A DNA stretch of 64,000 nt, from the IMG/VR virus record IMGVR_UViG_3300027734_000039; one strand, written 5' to 3'. The notes under the pieces are model-generated. The model did no database searches. It had not been told where the DNA came from and worked only from the letters and a program-made list of their open reading frames with translations. Shown here piece after piece: positions 9,188-18,595 of the stretch (position 1 is the stretch's first letter; every line of letters begins with the position of its first letter). The translations under genes were made by a program, and so were the position numbers. The stretch comes from a virus.

Positions 9188-9608
9188 TTATTCTTTGAAG
9201 GTATAATAACTATCAACGACTTTACGGAGACGTTCTTCGGCACTCTCATAGAATTCTACATCTAAGATAGCACAGAGAAGATAGACGTAGTCGTCGGTAG
9301 AAAGATTATCTTTAGCGACCTGAAGATACTCGCCTCTTGTAAGAGGAACGATTACGACCTTATCGTTAAGAGTACTAGTTTCCCGACGAGAAAAGAAGTC
9401 GATTACATTACTCATAGGAGTCTTCACGGAAAGAACGAACGTCACGATACTCTACAGTAAGGTTCGGGTACTTCTCTTCAAGAGCCAGAACACCCCAGGT
9501 AGCTTTACCATAGGTCGGATACTCATGGCGTTCGATCAGGCGAGTTTTGTCGTACACCAGAACGATATGGCCATTCTCAGAGTCTTGCAGTCGTTTACGA
9601 TGTTTCAT
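9188..9608 (-). CDS. Two small early hypothetical proteins (9188-9415, 9408-9608)
   Basis: Overlapping ORFs downstream of an early promoter, with SD. Confidence 0.55.
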
Positions 9609-9693
9609 TATTAGTTGCTCCTCGCATTAATGATTATACTAAACGTTTCAATAAAAGTCAAGGTTTTTTAGAGGTTTCGGAAAAAATTTTCTA

Positions 9694-10029
9694 TTAGTCA
9701 ACAAACTTACTTTCCAAAGTAATAGTATCAACCACGCCATACTTCTGCAGTACTCGAATAACCGCCAACGCTGTGCCGAGGTCGTTACGCCCAGTTTCTC
9801 GCGCCCACTCTACTGACTTCTTAAGATCCTCGGTAGCTCTATCAGAGGCATAGATAGAACGATCAAGAAAGGCAGTAATTTCACCAACCCGTCGAATGTA
9901 ATTCAGTCCACCGTCAACAGCAATCGCCCCACACTTGCATTCGCGATAGTCATGACGAGTAGCTGACCATACTTCATCGCCACACTTGGCACAGGCAGCT
10001 GCATTCTGAAGGATCTTATTTTTTGACAT
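9694..10029 (-). CDS. Small Cys-rich zinc-binding phage protein
   Basis: CAKC..HDYRECKCG..VDGG motif. Confidence 0.7.
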   Translation of the reverse strand: MSKNKILQNAAACAKCGDEVWSATRHDYRECKCGAIAVDGGLNYIRRVGEITAFLDRSIYASDRATEDLKKSVEWARETGRNDLGTALAVIRVLQKYGVVDTITLESKFVD

Positions 10030-10306
10030 TATCATACTCCCTATTATGAAAGTCTACATCAGGCAATGTACTGTAGTCTGTAATCTTATTCGCTTCCCAG
10101 TCCTTAGCCCATATGACAGTATGCCGACTCTCTTCGTTATCATAAATTCGTGACTCGATAAGACCCTTAGTATCAATGAAGGGATTGCATGCCTTATGGA
10201 CAGCCTTTCCAATCGAATCAAAATCAAAGACGTGCTCCCCTGTGATCCAGTCATCCCCATTATAGGAGCGGGTCCAAAACGTTACCTCTAAGCGATACTT
10301 TGACAT
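10016..10306 (-). CDS. Hypothetical protein
   Basis: ATG start with AGGA SD; coupled to the next gene. Confidence 0.55.
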   Translation of the reverse strand: MSKYRLEVTFWTRSYNGDDWITGEHVFDFDSIGKAVHKACNPFIDTKGLIESRIYDNEESRHTVIWAKDWEANKITDYSTLPDVDFHNREYDNVKK

Positions 10307-10319
10307 TGTGTGGTATTCC

Positions 10320-10565
10320 TATTATAGTTTATTGAAGAAGTTCTAGAGACGATTTTTCTAGAGAGAAAATTTTTCGAATTCACGTTACTGGAAAAAAAAG
10401 GGGGGTGGGGGTATGGGGGTGTTTTTTGGCTTGGCGGGTTCTAGAGAAATCTTTGGGGGTCTTTTTAATAAGTAACTTTCCGCTACGCCACCACCCTACC
10501 GAGGGGACCCTGTCTTATTCTATGATACCCCCACCCCCATAGGGGGGGTCACCCCTCTAGAGAAT
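10320..10565. repeat. Non-coding element: four TCTAGAGA repeats, G/C-tract inverted repeat, A/T tracts
   Basis: TCTAGAGA at 10342, 10357, 10440 and 10556; GGGGGTGGGGGTAT (10401-10414) is the reverse complement of 10525-10538. Confidence 0.75.
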
Positions 10566-10949
10566 TCATAAGGGCGAAGAGACCAGCCATCAGCCCCACG
10601 AACACCAGCAGGGGACCGAAGAGAATGAAGCCCTCGTATGTTGACATTAGAACGTCTCCAGGGTATTATTGTGTCAGGATCTTAGCGATCGTCAGACCCA
10701 TGCCGAAGCCAGCGAGCCATGTCATTGCGAAGAGAGCGAATTCGATCTTTACGTCTTTCATTAGAGCACCATCATCACGCAGAAGGAGGGAGAGTTGTCG
10801 AAGAATTGTCCGTTGGCAGTGTAGATCACGAAGCCACAGATCTCGACGTCGAGATCGTCGGGGTGGGGGACGGCGAAGTACTCGGGAGCGTATTTCATGT
10901 TCGTTCCTTTCAATCTATAGACCCAGTATAGCTCGTCGGTCTTTTAAAA

Positions 10950-11192
10950 TCAAGGAGTCCAACCGTTCTCGTTGGACATGGAGCCGATGTAGTTCCCATG
11001 CGAATCATAGTTCGCGATGTTCGGGAAGCGGGACATGAAGTCGTCCAGCTCACCCTCGGCGATCTCAGCCTGAGCCAGATCAGCGGACTCGACCGCATCG
11101 AGGAGCTGCTCGTACTGGGCAACGAGCTCGATCAGGAGATACTTGGCATCGAGATCGAGGAGGGCAGTGCGTTGGGCTTGGGTGATAGTCAT
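10950..11192 (-). CDS. Early hypothetical protein
   Basis: Own promoter and AAGGA SD; acidic helical protein. Confidence 0.6.
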   Translation of the reverse strand: MTITQAQRTALLDLDAKYLLIELVAQYEQLLDAVESADLAQAEIAEGELDDFMSRFPNIANYDSHGNYIGSMSNENGWTP

Positions 11193-11318
11193 CTCAGTTC
11201 CTTTCGAATCAACTTATAACCCATCATACCGCGATCGTGTTTTAAAATCAAGTGGGGTGCAAGCGAGAACAGCATCGAAAGCACTCGCACCCAAACTTGA
11301 CTTTAAAAGGGTTTCGGC

Positions 11319-11837
11319 TTAAACTAGAGCCTTGACCTCGTCCTTTGACAGGAACTTAGGAGCCTTGAAGGAGTCATCGGCGAGGAGCGAGGCAACCTCT
11401 GCACGTGCTTCGTCAGCATCGTAGTCCTTAACACCGCGACCTTCGGAGCGAGCAACTTGATTGTACTTCTTCGTCTTCGCCGACACTTCCTTCATGCGAG
11501 CCAGATTCTTTGCCTTGATCTCGGCAAGATTGTCAGGCTCGACCTTCTTCGATGCCTTGCGGAAAGCAGGAGGCAGCACGTCCTTAAGCATCTTCTTGGC
11601 AGGGACTTCCTTCGTTTTTTTCGCCTTCGGAGCTGCTCGAGCATCCTTATACTCGCCAGGAAGAGCGATCGGAGCCAGACCGAACTTGGCACGACGAGCT
11701 TTGTTCTGCCAGTACAGAGCAGCATTCTTGGGCGAGCAGGTCGGAAACTGCTCGAGGAACTTCTTAACGAATTCCTGGTGGGTGATGTTCTTGTTGCCCT
11801 CGAAGAGCGAGAATGCGAGACCAGATTGAGTAGCCAT
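11319..11837 (-). CDS. Early basic (Lys/Ala-rich) hypothetical protein
   Basis: Own promoter and AAGGA SD; 172 aa. Confidence 0.65.
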   Translation of the reverse strand: MATQSGLAFSLFEGNKNITHQEFVKKFLEQFPTCSPKNAALYWQNKARRAKFGLAPIALPGEYKDARAAPKAKKTKEVPAKKMLKDVLPPAFRKASKKVEPDNLAEIKAKNLARMKEVSAKTKKYNQVARSEGRGVKDYDADEARAEVASLLADDSFKAPKFLSKDEVKALV

Positions 11838-11895
11838 TACATATTTCCTTCACAGTTGACTTATATACTTACTATACTCGATGTTCTTTTTAAAA

Positions 11896-12090
11896 TCAAG
11901 CCACTTTTTCCCACTCATCAGAATCACCGGAGAAAAACCACTCAACCCCATTTTCATCAGTAAGAACCATATCAGCGCCCTCAAACGCCTCATCATCAAA
12001 AGATTCAATCAGAGCACGAGCGGACTCAAACGTAAAATCGCCGTCAAGAACGACGTCATCAATTTCACCATAAACAGCAGAGAGTTTCAT
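11896..12090 (-). CDS. Early acidic hypothetical protein
   Basis: Own promoter and SD; very D/E-rich. Confidence 0.6.
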   Translation of the reverse strand: MKLSAVYGEIDDVVLDGDFTFESARALIESFDDEAFEGADMVLTDENGVEWFFSGDSDEWEKVA

Positions 12091-12146
12091 AGGATTTTCC
12101 TTTTCATCAACTTATATACTCAGTATAAGCGATGAATCTTTTAAAA

Positions 12147-12302
12147 TCAAGCGCCCTCTAGAAAATCTTCTATCTCCCAGAGAAAAGCGTAAAGCTCGTC
12201 GGTCGGCTCTAAGTAAATATCTACGGTCGGCCAATCAAAGCCGAGACCGATCGCTCGCTCTTTGTTCGTCTCTATCGCCTCTATGATGTTTGCTCGGGTC
12301 AT
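12147..12302 (-). CDS. Early hypothetical protein (51 aa, not in ORF track)
   Basis: MTRANIIEAIETNKERAIGLGFDWPTVDIYLEPTDELYAFLWEIEDFLEGA*; own promoter and AGGAG SD. Confidence 0.6.
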   Translation of the reverse strand: MTRANIIEAIETNKERAIGLGFDWPTVDIYLEPTDELYAFLWEIEDFLEGA

Positions 12303-12785
12303 ATCGTTCTCCTTATATACCTAGAATACTCTATCGGTCTTTTAAAATCAAGGACGAAAAACAGTGAATCCTGGTCTTGACTTTAAAAAGCTTTTACCGT
12401 ATAATGTAACTATGAAAGCGAATAGGCGATCGCCACCTCGTTATGGAGTATACTTCGGGGTAGTATATCTTTCTCGGATCGCTTTGTCTCTACTGCTCCT
12501 AACGTAAGTATATGCCAGCGATCTTTTAAATTCAAGGAGAATCTGCTGTTGCTTTTAAAAGGCGATCGGGGTAAAATTGGCTATAATTGGCTCTTGCGCC
12601 CTGAAAACTGCTGCTCGCTACTCGCTCTACTCGGGCGTGTCGTGGTCTGCTGCTGTCTTGGCTCGGCTTCTAGGATCTTGGCGGAGATGAAAAGAACAAC
12701 GCTGGCATTTCTAAAACGGGATTAATTACTCATTGAAAATACCAATGAATCCAGCACACTCTAAGCGTTTTTCCCGCTTACTCTA

Positions 12786-13421
12786 TTAGGTTTTTCCCGT
12801 AGCTTTATCCCATTCCTCAGCGGTAATCCCTGTCTTAATGAACTCTCTCGCGTCAGCGGAGACATTAGGCAGTGCTTCTTCTAGTAGTACGCGACCATCA
12901 CGCCAAGCGATTAGTCTACGATCAAAGTCATCTTGATCATATGCTTTTATCTGTAGTGTTCTGGTTATTCCAGTCAGTTCTGATGTTTTGGTAATGGTAG
13001 CCATATCGGAGATTACTGTTGGTCACTAGGGTTGGTCAGCGTTGTTGGTCAATGGGTTTGGCCAGCTTTGTTGGTAAACGGAAGAAAGTATTCAATGCCA
13101 TTGAGAACCAGATGCCAGAGGAGAATCCGTAGAGCGCCGAGGCTAGTGCGATATCAGAGTATAGGGCGACCGAGGCGAAGGCGATACAGAGTAGCGATTG
13201 TATAATGAACCAGAACATTCCTTATGTTTCCATCAGTCTATAGAGTTCGAACTCTTCTTGGTATCCGTCTTCGAAACCTAATTGCCAAGCATTGAACATA
13301 TCAGGTTCGTTGTGTAAATCATACGGGTTGTCAGGGAACATATCTAACTTCATATCGCCGAACTGAATAGATGTGAATCCTAAACGATAGGCGAGGCGGA
13401 CGAGCGTGTTCGAGAAATCAT
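12786..13421 (-). CDS. Three small early hypothetical proteins (12786-13004, 13036-13218 membrane, 13222-~13425)
   Basis: Consecutive minus-strand ORFs; the first has a REFIKTGITAEEW motif typical of small phage proteins. Confidence 0.5.
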
Positions 13422-13894
13422 GCATTGTTGTTCTCCTCTTCGTTCCACTCAAGCCAAGACTCATATTCCTGCTCAAGATATTCTAATACGTCATCGTTAC
13501 CAATGAAGTCACGCCAGTCTTCGTTGCTGAAGTCATACTCATAGCAATCGTCAGTACCGTTGTGATACTGGCCAGCAAAACACATTCCTGGCTCATGATA
13601 CAAAACATCCAACTCAAAGCCAAGCTCTTCGAGACGCTCATACGCAGCAATAGCAGGAGACCACGCCGTATCAAACCAACCACTGGCGCTCTTACCGTCC
13701 TCGACAATCGTCGCGTCGCCAGAAGAAATATCCCACTTCGTGCCCCACTTCTCGACCGAAGTGTTATAATCCCAGTCGCCATAAGGAATAAACGTCTCAA
13801 ACAAATTACCCTCGCGAACGCCAGCAACGAACTTAGCGATCATCTCTGGGTCTTCGTGGCTTACCGTGAATGAGTTAGAACACCAGTTAGGCAT
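13418..13894 (-). CDS. DUF1281/YubB ferredoxin-like domain protein
   Basis: MPNWCSN, WGTKWD, FDTAWSP and EPGMCFAG motifs. Confidence 0.85.
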   Translation of the reverse strand: MPNWCSNSFTVSHEDPEMIAKFVAGVREGNLFETFIPYGDWDYNTSVEKWGTKWDISSGDATIVEDGKSASGWFDTAWSPAIAAYERLEELGFELDVLYHEPGMCFAGQYHNGTDDCYEYDFSNEDWRDFIGNDDVLEYLEQEYESWLEWNEEENNNA

Positions 13895-13950
13895 AGTCGG
13901 CTCCTTGACTTCAGTTTATATACCTAATATACTACGTATCTGTTTTAAAA

Positions 13951-15121
13951 TCAACGGTCAATCGCAGCGAAAATAGTATCGCTACTAGCCTTCTCGATCT
14001 CGTTCGCGAGCGTATTCAAAACAACGTAGAGTGCAGTCGTTACGGCGATCTGCTCTGACTTATGACAGCGACCGATTACATCAGACGCATACTGAAATGC
14101 TTCGGTGAGCGACTCGCGCTCGGCGAACAAACCATGGCGGATCGCCTTAGCCAACTCTTGATTCGTCATATCTCTTCTCCTCAACTTATCTTATAACGTA
14201 TTATACCGCGACTTCGTTTTAAAATCAACACTTGACTTTAAAAGATTAATCGGTCATGCTTCTAATCGTATCGAGGCGACGGTTCATATTCTCTGTGTAG
14301 CTGAGAGCCGTAAAGGAAGAAACCGATGGAGTAACCCAGACACGATCGTCGCGACGAGTAAATGCGAGCGAAAAGCCACCAGTCGAGATAGACGTAGTGT
14401 CACGGTCGTTCGCGTAGCGATAGGCGAAGCCAGTGATCTCTGATTCCAACTCACGCCAGTTCGCGAACTTCTCTCGCGCCGACTCATTCATAATCCACAC
14501 AGCCTTCGCCGTGTTTTCCATATCGTAGTCGCTGAATTCAACTGAGCCATTATACATCATACCATCTCCTCGATATCGTTGTAGACCGCCTGATAGATAT
14601 TCTCTTTCTTATCCATGATGTAGATATAATCGTAGCCACCGAAGTCGCCCCAGCGAATGTAGCGATGAAGCCAGTCGCGAGCTTCTGGTAGCCAGTCGAA
14701 CTCCTCGAGCAAATTCTGTGATGCGAGCTTGTAGTTGCCCCAGATCTGATACATCACATCACTCCCCAAGAGACAGAGTCAACGTTGAATAGAATCATCT
14801 CATATCCCATAGCCTCGAACATTGCCATAGCGATCTTCTTGCTGACGTATTCGCGACGGATATGACGACCGTCTTTGAAAGTAACTTCGTAGTAGTATTT
14901 CTTCATTAGTTGAGCTCCTCTTCAAGAGCGTTATCGTCTTCGCTCTCGAGCCAGCTAGACGTAAAGCCAAGATGCTCGAAGCCAAAGAAGTCGTTACGCT
15001 TGACAAAGCACTTCACTTCGTCTTCGGTCAGGAAATTCAGCAGATCAAGAATGAGAATGTCTTTGTCGAACATTCCTTCTTCGACCAGTTCGAGCATTCG
15101 ATTCGTAAACTCGCGAGCCAT
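13951..15121 (-). CDS. Run of small early hypothetical proteins (13951-14169, 14246-14560, 14557-14754, 14906-15121)
   Basis: Tandem ORFs with GAGGAG SDs behind repeated promoters; starts approximate. Confidence 0.55.
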
Positions 15122-15173
15122 AATCCGTCTCCTCATTATCATATACGTAGTATAGCGTATTCTTCTTTTAAAA

Positions 15174-15533
15174 TCAAGCAGCCTGAGCGATATCGATATG
15201 AGAACATTTCTTACGGTAGCCAAAGCCAACACACGAACAGGACCAGCGATTGTTCTGCTCGGTTACGACATACTGCTTGACTTTAAAAGAACGAGAGCGT
15301 AGATTAGTAGAATGGGCGACGGGGATCTGCCAACCACAGACGATATCTTCCTTACGCAAAACACGGAAGGGAAAGTTCGCGTCGCCTGTAGTCAGACAGA
15401 AAGAGTCGTCGCCCACCCATTTCGGCTTCGGCGCGACTTCGCCCTCATATTCGTTGAACTCAGCGATAGGGTACGCGAAACGATCGCGTCGCTCATACAT
15501 AGAGTTCTTAACACGAATGCGAAGGCGAGTCAT
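15174..15533 (-). CDS. SWIM zinc-finger protein
   Basis: WSCSCVGFGYRKKCSH motif. Confidence 0.75.
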   Translation of the reverse strand: MTRLRIRVKNSMYERRDRFAYPIAEFNEYEGEVAPKPKWVGDDSFCLTTGDANFPFRVLRKEDIVCGWQIPVAHSTNLRSRSFKVKQYVVTEQNNRWSCSCVGFGYRKKCSHIDIAQAA

Positions 15534-15542
15534 TCTTACCTC

Positions 15543-16403
15543 TTAGTTCTTACAGCAGGTAATCTTAGCAATACGAGCCCAGTCGTCGCCCTGCTTACGC
15601 AACGAACCGAGTTTAATAGCCATACGCAGCGACAGTTCGCGAAGCTTCTCTGAATGAGTTTCGATGAACGTGATAACATCGCTACGCTCGGCAAAGGAAA
15701 GATCATCGAGCAATCCTTGCTTGATGACCTGACGGATACGAACCAGATAGTCACGACGAGTTTTCATCGCGAGATCAATGTAGTGGCTACGCGAGACAAG
15801 AGCCTGAAGATGCGGAGCCAGTTTATGACCACGATCGATCATAGCATCAAAGTCGTAGTTCGAGATAAAGATAATCGTACCGTTGAAGTCAAAGCTGCGA
15901 GGAATGCGCACAGCAGTTTCTTCGTCGATCAAACCACCTTCAGACAACCAAGAGACGCGACGACGATCGGTCGTGTCACAAACTGCTTTAAGAAGATTAA
16001 GAGAGACGTCATCAAAGAAGATCGCGTCGGCGTCGTCGAAAACGATAACCTGACCTGCTTCGCGGTACTGATAGAGCAACTTAACAAGACCAGTCGCACG
16101 AACGTAGCCCTTAACGATCGTGTGGTTGACTTCATTCGGGTCCCACTCATGGAGACGTTTCTCAACGGTAAACGACTTACCGAGACCAGCAGGACCAGAG
16201 ACGATAAGAGCACGAGCATTACCGACGACACAAGCTTCGGTAAGAACGTCAAGAATTTCGAAACGATCGGCGATACGCGCATCGACTTCGGCATCGGTTT
16301 CGCGCGACACTTCTGGCTCTTGCATCACTTTGATAGCAGCCATACGTTCGGCAGCAGAATTACGAGCGGCACGGAAGCCAGACTTAGGAATTCCTCTAGG
16401 CAT
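15543..16403 (-). CDS. AAA+ ATPase
   Basis: Walker A GPAGLGKS, Walker B VIVFDD, IIFISN and ALVSR. Confidence 0.85.
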   Translation of the reverse strand: MPRGIPKSGFRAARNSAAERMAAIKVMQEPEVSRETDAEVDARIADRFEILDVLTEACVVGNARALIVSGPAGLGKSFTVEKRLHEWDPNEVNHTIVKGYVRATGLVKLLYQYREAGQVIVFDDADAIFFDDVSLNLLKAVCDTTDRRRVSWLSEGGLIDEETAVRIPRSFDFNGTIIFISNYDFDAMIDRGHKLAPHLQALVSRSHYIDLAMKTRRDYLVRIRQVIKQGLLDDLSFAERSDVITFIETHSEKLRELSLRMAIKLGSLRKQGDDWARIAKITCCKN

Positions 16404-16462
16404 AACAAACTCCTTCGATTCAATTTATAACGTATTATACCGCGATCGTCTTTTAAAATCAA

Positions 16463-16687
16463 TCACAATAATTCTTTAGAGGTATCGTACCAGAGATCGG
16501 TTTCGTAGGGACCAGAGCGACAACTTTCGGCAATCGCTTCGGCGAGCGTATCGGCTTTATCCTGAAGATCGTTTGCGAATTCCTCGACGAGCATCATAAG
16601 CTGAATACGATTATGACCAAATTCTGTAGCTTCGTTAACGATCGCATACAAGCGAGAAGCAATATCTTCGAGTTCCGTAACAGTCAT
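16463..16687 (-). CDS. Early hypothetical protein
   Basis: Own promoter and AGGAG SD. Confidence 0.55.
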   Translation of the reverse strand: MTVTELEDIASRLYAIVNEATEFGHNRIQLMMLVEEFANDLQDKADTLAEAIAESCRSGPYETDLWYDTSKELL

Positions 16688-17031
16688 TTCGTTCTCCTGA
16701 TCATCATATACGTAGTATAGCGTATTATTCTTTTAAAAACAAGGAGGGGACTATTTGTCCCCTCTAAGCTCCCAAGCGGCAATAAGCGCCTCGTAATTGA
16801 TGTCGTAAGAGAGATTAAGTCGTTGAAGATCCTTAAGAAATTCAATCTTATCCCAAGAAGTTTCTAGTTTCTTGAACGATTCAAAAATGTATTCTTTATC
16901 CATTTGACGCTCCTTTTATTTAACAACCAATCATACCGCTGTTGGCTTTTAAAATCAAGGAGTTTTTTCTACTTGTTTTTAAAACAGTTCGGCGGTAATA
17001 TATGTATATGATGATGAAACGGAGAAGTGTT

Positions 17032-17331
17032 ATGTCGAAAGGTATCGAGCTGCTTATTACCGATGCGCAGGGTATCTATATCCCTCAGCAGTGGGCGATG
17101 TATTGCCAAGATATGGACGGTGTTCGCTCAGAGAATATGGAAATCCTTAAGAAGGGACCAGAACATCCGTGGTATTGGGAAGCTTGGGACGAAGTCCTTG
17201 GTCTTGCTCATAGTGTCATCAACGGTAATAAATGGTATCTTTGGCAGGACGGCGATCTGTTCGCTGTTTGTGACGAGCTTATGACCGACGAAGAATATGA
17301 GAACTTCTTCGGCGAAGAGCGACATAAGTAA
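17032..17331 (+). CDS. Early hypothetical protein
   Basis: First gene of the plus-strand arm; GIYIPQ..GPEHPWYWEAWD..LWQDGDLF. Confidence 0.65.
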   Translation: MSKGIELLITDAQGIYIPQQWAMYCQDMDGVRSENMEILKKGPEHPWYWEAWDEVLGLAHSVINGNKWYLWQDGDLFAVCDELMTDEEYENFFGEERHK

Positions 17332-17390
17332 TTGACTTTTGAACAGTTGGTAGGTATAATCAATTGTTGACGATGAACAGGAGAACAAAG

Positions 17391-17594
17391 ATGACTGGTG
17401 AATTCCTCCCTGCTGACGCGACAAGCGCGAAGCAAGAAATTGTTGCTGAGTTGTATCAGCGACTCCATGATGTTCGTCGTTCTTTGGCTATCAAAGTTCC
17501 GCAGTACGACGAGTTTGAGATTGGTATTAGCTGTCGGTTGGCCAACGAAGAAGCTTGGTTGGTCGAGTTTCTTGATAAGATTGAGAGGAGCTGA
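17391..17594 (+). CDS. Early hypothetical protein
   Basis: AGGAG SD downstream of a TTGACT..TATAAT promoter. Confidence 0.55.
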   Translation: MTGEFLPADATSAKQEIVAELYQRLHDVRRSLAIKVPQYDEFEIGISCRLANEEAWLVEFLDKIERS

Positions 17595-17596
17595 AG

Positions 17597-17716
17597 ATGC
17601 GTAACGTAATCGCGAAGGACGTTCACTCCCCGAAGTATCGTCCGCGAGTTGTTCGCTCTAAGAAGGGCAAAGGTTCTTACGACCGTAAGAAAGTTGGTAA
17701 AAATGTTGGTCATTGA
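17597..17716 (+). CDS. arfA: ArfA-like alternative ribosome-rescue factor (39 aa, not in ORF track)
   Basis: MRNVIAKDVHSPKYRPRVVRSKKGKGSYDRKKVGKNVGH* with GAGGAG SD; aligns by eye with the ArfA core [23 protein letters not shown]. Confidence 0.8.
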   Translation: MRNVIAKDVHSPKYRPRVVRSKKGKGSYDRKKVGKNVGH

Positions 17717-17771
17717 CTTTTAATAGTTGGTGACGTATACTATATAATAGAGTTGGTCAGAGGAGTCTAAG

Positions 17772-17939
17772 ATGGTAAAAGTTGCCTACGTCGTAAAGAA
17801 AGAAGATGGTTACCTCAAAGATATCTCGATCAAGTTTGATTCGATGCAGGATGCGATCAGGCACATTCGTTTGATACAGAATAAATATAACACCAGTAAA
17901 GAATATCTTATTGGTAAACCTGCAATAGAAAGAATCTAA
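17772..17939 (+). CDS. Hypothetical protein (55 aa, not in ORF track)
   Basis: GAGGAG SD; MVKVAYVVKKEDGYLKD... Confidence 0.5.
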   Translation: MVKVAYVVKKEDGYLKDISIKFDSMQDAIRHIRLIQNKYNTSKEYLIGKPAIERI

Positions 17940-17940
17940 A

Positions 17941-18240
17941 ATGAAAAAGTACCTTGTCGCCGCTGCATTGTTGGTCGTAATGGTTGGTCCCGCTTCTGCT
18001 TGGGATAATCGTAGGCACAACCCACGTGGTGCGCAACAGCAGCATCATCATAGACATCAACATCACAATCATCGTATCAATCCTTGGGTTGCTGGTGCTA
18101 TTGGTCTTGGTGTTGTTGGTGCTGGTACTTACTACTACAATCAACGTCGTAGCTGTTGGGAAGAACCAATGGTAGATCAATACGGTCGCCAGTTCTATGA
18201 TCGTTATGGCCGCCCTGTTTTTCAGCAAGTTTGCCAGTAA
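17941..18240 (+). CDS. Secreted His/Arg-rich protein with glycine zipper (alphaproteobacterial BA14K-like architecture)
   Basis: Signal peptide ending PASA; His-rich tract; GAIGLGVVGAG; paired Cys in the C-terminal part. Confidence 0.6.
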   Translation: MKKYLVAAALLVVMVGPASAWDNRRHNPRGAQQQHHHRHQHHNHRINPWVAGAIGLGVVGAGTYYYNQRRSCWEEPMVDQYGRQFYDRYGRPVFQQVCQ

Positions 18241-18255
18241 GAAAAGAGTTTCATT

Positions 18256-18591
18256 ATGAACGTCGTTACGAAGTATGACATTGGTCATACGTTCTACGTA
18301 CCACGTGTGCGCAAAAAGGTAACTCAGCAAGAGTTGCACTTCGAAGGCGAAACTTGGTATAAAGATATCGAAACATACGTTCCGTATGTAAAGCTCAAGA
18401 AGATCATCTACATTGATATCAAAGTTGGTCGCAAAGTTGGTATCGTCTATGGCGTTAAGACCGTCACAGATGATGATAACGTATTTTCTCAGTACTATCC
18501 CGAAACAAACATTACCAACTACACCGAAGAAGAAGCGATGGCTATCGCAGAAGAACACGCCGAGCAAGGTAAAGAGTATATCGGCAACTGA
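18256..18591 (+). CDS. Hypothetical protein
   Basis: TKYDIGHTFY N-terminus; operon direction. Confidence 0.55.
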   Translation: MNVVTKYDIGHTFYVPRVRKKVTQQELHFEGETWYKDIETYVPYVKLKKIIYIDIKVGRKVGIVYGVKTVTDDDNVFSQYYPETNITNYTEEEAMAIAEEHAEQGKEYIGN

Positions 18592-18595
18592 TCGT

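Larger units (their letters stand above)
9141..17745. promoter_or_regulatory. Family of repeated early sigma70-type promoters, TTG(A/T)(T/C)TTTAAAA..17-nt spacer..TATAAT-like, often with a shared TATAAGTTGA-like leader
   Basis: Minus-strand -35 boxes near 9179, 9661, 10953, 11251, 11899, 12150, 12351, 12535, 13954, 14227, 15177, 16462, 16742 and 16958; plus-strand near 12377, 12549, 16973, 17332 and 17713. Confidence 0.85.

Noticed and set aside
9141-17745. Possible CRISPR-like or attC array
   Set aside because: The repeats are degenerate promoters at irregular, gene-sized spacing; no cas or integrase gene is in the window.
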